This document shows positions 58,163 to 64,000 of a stretch of DNA of 64,000 nt, piece after piece; within the stretch, counting starts at the first letter, position 1, and each line of letters begins with the position of its first letter. A program made the position numbers and the translations under genes. The notes under the pieces are model-generated. The model did no database searches and was not told where the DNA came from. It worked only from the letters and a program-made list of their open reading frames with translations. The stretch spans positions 480,001-544,000 of the forward strand of contig CBDAOY010000007.1 in NCBI GenBank assembly GCA_965198225.1, written 5' to 3'. The DNA is from Terriglobia bacterium (GTDB taxonomy: Bacteria > Acidobacteriota > Terriglobia > 20CM-2-55-15).

Positions 58163-59056
58163 CTAAGGTTCCGGAACCCTTTCGACGCGGTCGATGGGCC
58201 GTTCGGTCTGCTGAGCCCGGGTCGCCTCCCGGGTAGCCATGTTGTAGCGATCGCCCGGCGCGAGAAAATAAAACCTGCCGCCTGGCGGGATCCGACTCTG
58301 GTCGTCATAGATCACGGCGTAGCTCTGTCCGATGACCCGGAAACGGTCCCCCTGGACGACGATTGCCGTATTCTCGTCCAGCCCGATCCCGAGTAGATCG
58401 GGATTCGCGTCGATCACCTCCAGCATATCGAAATGTCGGTTCCGCCGCAGAAGGTGCTGGTCGATGCCCACGTTCTTCAGCAAGCCGAAGCCTTCGAGAT
58501 GATCACCCATCATGATCCGGCTCGTTTCCGTGTCGCCCCGGATCAGGTAGGAACCCATGATGGACGCGCCCGCGGATGATCCGCCGATGACGCCGCCGCG
58601 GTCCAGCAACTCGAGCAATTCTTCGTGGGTCTTGGTATTCAGGTAGGAGTCCGCCAGTCGCCACTGGCGGCCGCCGCCGAAGAAGACTCCGCGCGCGCGG
58701 CGAAGCGGCGCGACGAATTCATCCGTGTCGGCTACCTTCGGATCGTAGGTGTGCAGGACGGTGATGTCGGTCGCGCCGGCTTCTTTGAACAAGCGTTGAC
58801 CGGACCAATACTGGTCGTAGTGAGCCGCTCCACCCGCAGTGGGTATCAGGACCAGGGGAGCGTCCGGCCCTCCCGCCAGCTCGATGATGCGTTCCACGAT
58901 CGCCCTGTCTCGCATAGCGCCGCCCACGATTACCAGAGAGCCGTTTGCCGGGCCGACCTGCGGCGGGCCCTGCTGCCGCGGACCCTGGGCCAGGACCGGC
59001 ATCGTCAGGAGCAGAACAAGAGCCAGAGAACCCGCAAGCTTCGCAATCCTATTCAT
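58163..59056 (-). CDS. Cyanophycinase-like S51 peptidase, secreted
   Basis: LVIVGG, IPTA, FGGGRQ, GGSSAGA, IDQH, GLDENTA; signal peptide. Confidence 0.88.
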   Translation of the reverse strand: MNRIAKLAGSLALVLLLTMPVLAQGPRQQGPPQVGPANGSLVIVGGAMRDRAIVERIIELAGGPDAPLVLIPTAGGAAHYDQYWSGQRLFKEAGATDITVLHTYDPKVADTDEFVAPLRRARGVFFGGGRQWRLADSYLNTKTHEELLELLDRGGVIGGSSAGASIMGSYLIRGDTETSRIMMGDHLEGFGLLKNVGIDQHLLRRNRHFDMLEVIDANPDLLGIGLDENTAIVVQGDRFRVIGQSYAVIYDDQSRIPPGGRFYFLAPGDRYNMATREATRAQQTERPIDRVERVPEP

Positions 59057-59152
59057 CGTGCCTCCTCGCATTCCTCGTTGGATGGGCGAGTGTATCGCCG
59101 GTTGGCCGAAACGGTCAACGCCGGCCGCGTTGGCCACGCCAGGAGAAAGAAT

Positions 59153-59256
59153 AACCACGGAGGCGCGGAGGCACGGAGGGGATCCTATGTTCCGATAGAG
59201 TGCCTCGGCAGACTCTCAAAAGCCTCTGAACTCCGTGCCTCCGTGCCTCCGTGGTT
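59153..59256. repeat. Inverted clusters of acggaggc octamers
   Basis: aaccacggaggcgcggaggcacggag ... ctccgtgcctccgtgcctccgtggtt. Confidence 0.75.
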
Positions 59257-59306
59257 GAAAAACAACTTGTCGTGTTTTGTACCAGTGGCAGCCAGGCGGG
59301 CAGGTC

Positions 59307-59897
59307 TCAGGCGGCCTCTGGTTTCGCTGCGATTCCCTTGCAAAGGTAGCCGCCGACCCGAGGCACCTTTTCCATGTAGAACTTCTCCAGGGCGATGAAG
59401 TGGAACCCACCGAATTGCAAGAGATCTTCGATGTTGCGGTCGAGATGACAGCCGTCGCCGATCTTCTTCTGGAGCGGCGTCAGCCGGTGTTGCCACCTTG
59501 CGATCCGAGGCTCGTCGCTCAAGCCGTGCTCGACGAAGAAGAATCGCCCGTCAGGCCTGAGGACGCGATAGATTTCATGGATCGCCTGCGACACGTCGGG
59601 AATGCTGCACAGTGTCCAAGTACTGACGACACTGTCGAACGTCTCGGCATCCATGGGAAGGGATTCGCCGCTCAGGAGTTCCGAGCGCACAGCGATCCGG
59701 GATTCCTGGATCCGTTCCTGAGCGAGTTCGTTCACACCCGGATTCGGATCGACGGTCGTGATCCGCCTCACCGCGTCCGGATAGTGCGGCAGGTTCAGCC
59801 CGCTCCCAAAGCCGATCTCCATGACCTCTCCGCCGACATCGGCCAGCAGAGCCTTTCGGATGTCGGAAAAGTTCTCACCCCGCATCGACCAGTCCAT
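59307..59897 (-). CDS. Class I SAM-dependent methyltransferase (true start unclear)
   Basis: EIGFGSG, FDSVVSTWTLCSI, LRPDG, GCHL. Confidence 0.85.
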   Translation of the reverse strand: MDWSMRGENFSDIRKALLADVGGEVMEIGFGSGLNLPHYPDAVRRITTVDPNPGVNELAQERIQESRIAVRSELLSGESLPMDAETFDSVVSTWTLCSIPDVSQAIHEIYRVLRPDGRFFFVEHGLSDEPRIARWQHRLTPLQKKIGDGCHLDRNIEDLLQFGGFHFIALEKFYMEKVPRVGGYLCKGIAAKPEAA

Positions 59898-60025
59898 CAG
59901 GCGCGGGAAGACGTAGCTGGAGTAGATGCCGATACCCGCCTCCTAGGCTGTGCTTGTCCCAGTTTGCGGCGAGACAGGCTAGAAATCAACGAACCAAACC
60001 CGATGCGATGTAGTCTTAATAGAGT

Positions 60026-60571
60026 ATGTACAAGAGAACGTTCGTCTCGTTTCTGGTGTCGGCCTTTGTGGTCGCCAGTCCGGGGCAGGTTCTGGGGCAG
60101 TCGGAACCAGAAGTTGCGACCTGTGGCGCCCGGGCGGAGTGGGTTAACTGCGGAGAACCGTTGATAGTGTCGCGGACTATGCGCCCGCGGCTGATGCTCC
60201 AGCTCCTGACCCACGTCAGCCGCGGCTGCCTTAATGGTCGCGTCGACCTGACGGCCAGCTACCTCGACCGCGACAACAACGTGTTGTGTACTGGAACGCT
60301 CCGGAATCTCGCTTCGTCCACCAGGAACGTGCAGGACTTGACGCTCGAATTAGGCCCGACCGTGCTGCGCAACTTTGCCCGCTGGCGAAACCGTCCCGGG
60401 GAGCGCAACGAGCCGGTGTTCGAGGCGTTGGCCTGTACCAGCGTGGATGGCAGAGCGAACCTCTTGGACAGTCAGCTCGAGAGGGCGTCGGAGGTCGTCG
60501 TCACCGCGACGCTGCTGCCATCCAGCAGCGGGCTTGACACGGCGCAATGTCGCATACAGATTGCGCCTTAA
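60026..60571 (+). CDS. Hypothetical secreted protein
   Basis: Signal-like N-terminus, six Cys; convergent 4-nt overlap with the ankyrin gene. Confidence 0.6.
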   Translation: MYKRTFVSFLVSAFVVASPGQVLGQSEPEVATCGARAEWVNCGEPLIVSRTMRPRLMLQLLTHVSRGCLNGRVDLTASYLDRDNNVLCTGTLRNLASSTRNVQDLTLELGPTVLRNFARWRNRPGERNEPVFEALACTSVDGRANLLDSQLERASEVVVTATLLPSSSGLDTAQCRIQIAP

Positions 60572-61230
60572 CGGGTCATGGCCATTGTCTTGTCGCAGCC
60601 ACCCCACCACGCTGAGAGCCTGGCGACGCGATCGGATTCCTTCAGCTGAAGATCCGGAGCGACCTCCTTCAATGATCGGACGGTGGCGGTCTGGCATTCC
60701 CCAAACGTGAAGTGTTCGATGTCGGAGATACCGCCGACGGCCATGCTCAGGACACTCGACCCGTCGGGCGCCTCGGCCCGCGGATCTGCGCCCTCGCGGA
60801 GGAGCGCCTCGACGAGGATTGCATTCCCGTAGCCCGCGGCCATCATCAACGCCGTTCCTCCGTTTCTGGATCGGCGGTTCACGTCAACGCCACGATCCAA
60901 CATGAAGCGTACCGCCGAATCGTTACCCGTATGGATCGCGTGCATCAGAACCGTCCAGCCGTTGTTGCCCTCATCGACCGCGTTCGGGTCGGCACCCAAA
61001 TCCAGCAGAGCGGTGATTTCCGGGGCGTTGCCGTCTCTGACGGCCCGCATGATAGGAGTCCACCCCTCTTCGTCCATCGCGTTAGGGTAGTGCTCTTCCT
61101 CTTGAGGCGCGATTGCCTGCGTGGGCCCGGAAGGGACAGTTGGGCGGTCAGACGGATCGGACTGCGATGCGGAGCAGCCGAAGACGGATGAACAGAGAAG
61201 GCACATCAGCAGCCGGACGGTCCTCTTCAT
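60568..61230 (-). CDS. Ankyrin-repeat lipoprotein
   Basis: GWTPIMRA, GWTVLMHA, GGTALMMAA; VFGC lipobox. Confidence 0.87.
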   Translation of the reverse strand: MKRTVRLLMCLLCSSVFGCSASQSDPSDRPTVPSGPTQAIAPQEEEHYPNAMDEEGWTPIMRAVRDGNAPEITALLDLGADPNAVDEGNNGWTVLMHAIHTGNDSAVRFMLDRGVDVNRRSRNGGTALMMAAGYGNAILVEALLREGADPRAEAPDGSSVLSMAVGGISDIEHFTFGECQTATVRSLKEVAPDLQLKESDRVARLSAWWGGCDKTMAMTR

Positions 61231-61416
61231 GCTTGCCTTTCCCCGAGTCGGATGGAAGGAGTGTTACGTCGATGGCTTTGTATTGTAATGTTATTTGTGA
61301 TTAGGGCAGCCTAGGGCAACTGCTGAATCTTAGTGAGTCAACCGGCCACCCTACACATTTTGGCCAAGATTATGTAGGATACTGCCAGGGCCGCTTCCAC
61401 TCATAGGAGGTGAGTG

Positions 61417-61581
61417 ATGCGTTTGAACTGCCCGCGGTGTCGATCGGAGGAAATTCGCCGGTCGGTGCGGCGGGGGCTGAAGGAATCACTGCTGAAGCGG
61501 ATCCGAATCGTGCCCTACCGGTGCATCCGGTGTGAAAGGCGCTTCTTCCGGTTTCGGCCGTTGATCCCGCGCCGGGTGTGA
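61417..61581 (+). CDS. Small Arg-rich zinc-ribbon protein (54 aa)
   Basis: AGGAGG RBS; MRLNCPRC...PYRCIRCERRF; below the ORF-track cutoff. Confidence 0.72.
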   Translation: MRLNCPRCRSEEIRRSVRRGLKESLLKRIRIVPYRCIRCERRFFRFRPLIPRRV

Positions 61582-61770
61582 CCACTTCCTGATTGCCTCT
61601 CCCAGGTCCCCGACTGTTTCAACCTTACATGTGCTTTTCCCTGGTGCTATAATTCGCCGTTTGCTTGTGTTTTTCTTGTTCTGATCCTCATATCTACCAC
61701 CAGTCATCTCGCTCGGTTGCTCTGAATCGCTCGGGGAACTGCTGGAAACGATTCGACGGAAGGTGTTCCC

Positions 61771-62697
61771 ATGAGCGCGGAGTCTCTGCGAGCCGCTGAC
61801 GAGAAGATCGCCTGGATCGGCTCCATTCCCTTTTTCCTGATTCATCTCACCCCCCTGCTGGCCATCTGGACCGGTGTCCGGGTCGGCGACGTGGCGCTTT
61901 GCGTCGCGCTTTACTTCATCCGTATGTTCTTCCTGTCGGCGGGCTACCACCGTTATTTCGCGCATCGGGGATACAAGCTGGGCCGCGGGATGCAATTCGT
62001 GATGGCCCTCGGCGGATCGACCGCCGCCCAGAAGGGACCTCTGTGGTGGGCCGGCTACCATCGGCACCATCATTGGTATTCCGACCAGCCGGGCGATATT
62101 CATTCGCCCAGGGATGGCTTCTTCTGGAGTCATGTGGGTTGGATACTTTGCCCCAAGTACGCCCGAACTCCAGTCGAACTGATGAAAGATTTCGCGAAGT
62201 TTCCCGAGATTCGGTGGATCAACAAGTATTATCTCGTTCCGCCCGTTCTGCTCGCTGCAGGCTGCTACCTGGTCGGAGGCGCCCCCACTCTCGTCGTCGG
62301 ATTCCTGCTCTCCACCGTTCTACTCTTCCACGGGACATTCTTCGTCAACTCGCTGACCCACCTGTTCGGGAAGCGGCGCTACGAGACCGCCGACACGAGC
62401 CGGAACTCTTTTCTTCTGGCGTTGATTACGGGCGGCGAAGGCTGGCACAACAACCACCACCACTACGAGACCACCGCCAACAACGGGTTCTTCTGGTGGG
62501 AAATCGACAGCAGCTACTACGTCCTGAAGATTCTGAGCTGGCTGGGTCTGGCTTGGGACCTCCGGCTTCCTCCCAAGTTTGTCTTGGAGGGCAGACGCGC
62601 TACTTTTGAAGACTACGAGATGGAGCCGCCGTCATGGTGGGATGAGGCTCGGGCCGAAGCTGTTACCTCCGCCGACGGTTCCGCCGGCGACAGTTAG
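61771..62697 (+). CDS. Delta-9 acyl-CoA/acyl-lipid desaturase
   Basis: His boxes HRYFAH, HRHHH, HNNHH. Confidence 0.93.
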   Translation: MSAESLRAADEKIAWIGSIPFFLIHLTPLLAIWTGVRVGDVALCVALYFIRMFFLSAGYHRYFAHRGYKLGRGMQFVMALGGSTAAQKGPLWWAGYHRHHHWYSDQPGDIHSPRDGFFWSHVGWILCPKYARTPVELMKDFAKFPEIRWINKYYLVPPVLLAAGCYLVGGAPTLVVGFLLSTVLLFHGTFFVNSLTHLFGKRRYETADTSRNSFLLALITGGEGWHNNHHHYETTANNGFFWWEIDSSYYVLKILSWLGLAWDLRLPPKFVLEGRRATFEDYEMEPPSWWDEARAEAVTSADGSAGDS

Positions 62698-62705
62698 TTT
62701 CGCCG

Positions 62706-62978
62706 ATGTCGCAGACCATCAAGCTTGCGCTCTCCATCGGGCTCGGCGTGGCGTTCCTGGCCTACCTGGTTTACTCTTCGTTGGGATTGAACCCGATCAC
62801 ATGTGAAGTCTGCGTCGAGTTTCGGGGTCGAGTCGATTGTCGGAGCGCCTCCGGCGAGTCCAACGAGGAAGCGATCCAGACCGGGATCCAGAATGCCTGC
62901 TCCCTGATCACCAACGGGCGCGATGAATCGATCTCCTGTACTTCGCGGCCGCCCCAGAGTGCGACCTGCACGGACTAA
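62706..62978 (+). CDS. Small membrane-anchored Cys-rich protein
   Basis: One TM helix then six Cys; 8 nt after the desaturase stop. Confidence 0.65.
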   Translation: MSQTIKLALSIGLGVAFLAYLVYSSLGLNPITCEVCVEFRGRVDCRSASGESNEEAIQTGIQNACSLITNGRDESISCTSRPPQSATCTD

Positions 62979-63565
62979 AGCGACAGCCCTTCTATGCCGA
63001 AATTGCCGGGGCTCGAGCCCTGGACTTCCTTCCTCCGCTCCGCGTTCCACTCGACGAGGGGATGTGTTCTTGTCTTCGGGACCTTCGATTTCTCGAACAC
63101 GCGGCGGGGCTGGCTCAAGATCCATCCTCCTTTGACTTTCCCACCGGCGGGTCCGCTTGCCCAGAGTTCGCCTCTCACGACCCATACAGTGCTTTCCCGG
63201 ACGAGGTAGATCCCGGGCTTGACGATCTGGGCTTCCAGAGAACCGGTCCGTATCGTGATTGGCATGTCCTTCTCGACCCGTCCGGCGTCGATAAGGGCCA
63301 CTCCTTTCGATACCCGTACGATGATGTTGTCCAGATCCTCGCACTCGAGAACGATCTCGGACCGGCTCCCTATGCGAACATAAGAGTACGGGTTCAGCAA
63401 GATCTCCAGCCTGGTGTCGTCGCCGGTCGTAACCGGATTGCCCTCGCCAAGGTGGTCCTGGACCCTGACGTCGTGGTCGACGAGCCCGTCGATGAGCGTC
63501 ACGAGGCCGGCCCGCGCGGAAACAATCGGGTGCTGAAGGAGTAACAGGAGAATGACGGCTTTCAT
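62975..63565 (-). CDS. FecR-like beta-domain secreted protein
   Basis: ISARAGLV, TTGDDTRLEILLNPYSYVRIG. Confidence 0.65.
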   Translation of the reverse strand: MKAVILLLLLQHPIVSARAGLVTLIDGLVDHDVRVQDHLGEGNPVTTGDDTRLEILLNPYSYVRIGSRSEIVLECEDLDNIIVRVSKGVALIDAGRVEKDMPITIRTGSLEAQIVKPGIYLVRESTVWVVRGELWASGPAGGKVKGGWILSQPRRVFEKSKVPKTRTHPLVEWNAERRKEVQGSSPGNFGIEGLSL

Positions 63566-63671
63566 TGTCGGCTATGTATTGTAGCCTCAAGATCGTTGTC
63601 AGTGAAGCGGTGTGGGTTCTTGGTCAGAAGTGACGAGTGAGAATAGCTCGAAGGTTTTGTCGGAGGTTTGA

Positions 63672-64000
63672 ATGGAACGGATGATTGCTTTCCTCGTGGT
63701 CCTGTTCTTGATGGTCGGTCCGGTTTGGGCCCAGTCCGACGGCACCGACCAGCCATTGCTCAGCGTCAACGGATCCGCGGAGGTGCGTGTCGAGCCCGAC
63801 ATCGCGACCGTGAGGCTCGGCGTCGTCGAGGAGGCGACGACGGCCCGGGAGGCCCAGGACGGCGCCAATCGACTTGCAGCCGGCATCCTCGGGGCCATCC
63901 GAAGTGTAGGGATCCGAGAGGATCACCTTCAGACATCGCGTCTGACGCTGACCCCGATCTATTCCCGCTCGCGACCGGGTGATGTCTCCGCCCCGCGAAT
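63672..64000 (+). CDS. SIMPL/DUF541 periplasmic protein (partial)
   Basis: Manual translation: signal peptide, LSVNGSAEVRVEPDIATVRLGV, LQTSRLTLTPIY; runs off the window. Confidence 0.85.
   Translation, partial: MERMIAFLVVLFLMVGPVWAQSDGTDQPLLSVNGSAEVRVEPDIATVRLGVVEEATTAREAQDGANRLAAGILGAIRSVGIREDHLQTSRLTLTPIYSRSRPGDVSAPR

Overview
GC-rich bacterial chromosome window, most likely Acidobacteriota (PadR plus duplicated orphan ABC permease, PD40/PHP hydrolase, TPR proteins). 1-8.4 kb is housekeeping: queC, queE, DinG helicase, B3/4 domain, JAMM peptidase, MoaD/CysO-like protein, der, MerR, tRNA-Pro(GGG), surE, RidA, tRNA-Pro(CGG). Directly after tRNA-Pro(CGG) is a stack of mobile elements: a class IIC group II intron behind a terminator, an IS256 (8-bp TSD) interrupted by an IS21-family element (7-bp TSD, atypical CCTC...GAGG ends), and an IS6 that truncates a HYR-domain gene. 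Island-like cargo follows to about 23 kb (SRAP, serine hydrolase, amidohydrolase, frameshifted flagellin with a sigma-28-like promoter). The rest is transport and metabolism: TRAP, NitT/TauT ABC, 2-oxoacid dehydrogenase E1 alpha/beta, S9 peptidase, two tandem FMN glutamate-synthase-like genes, amidase, cyanophycinase-like protein, desaturase. The strongest non-genic signal is a GTAG-type REP doublet family (10 copies). It forms a 4 x ~297-bp tandem array, hosts a nested 196-bp MITE, and appears to be read in frame inside the N-terminus of an ABC substrate-binding lipoprotein. I found no clear-cut new multi-gene system; the best candidates are these repeat/mobile-DNA behaviours and the B3/4-JAMM-ubiquitin-like module. 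All calls come from reading the sequence by eye; no searches were run.
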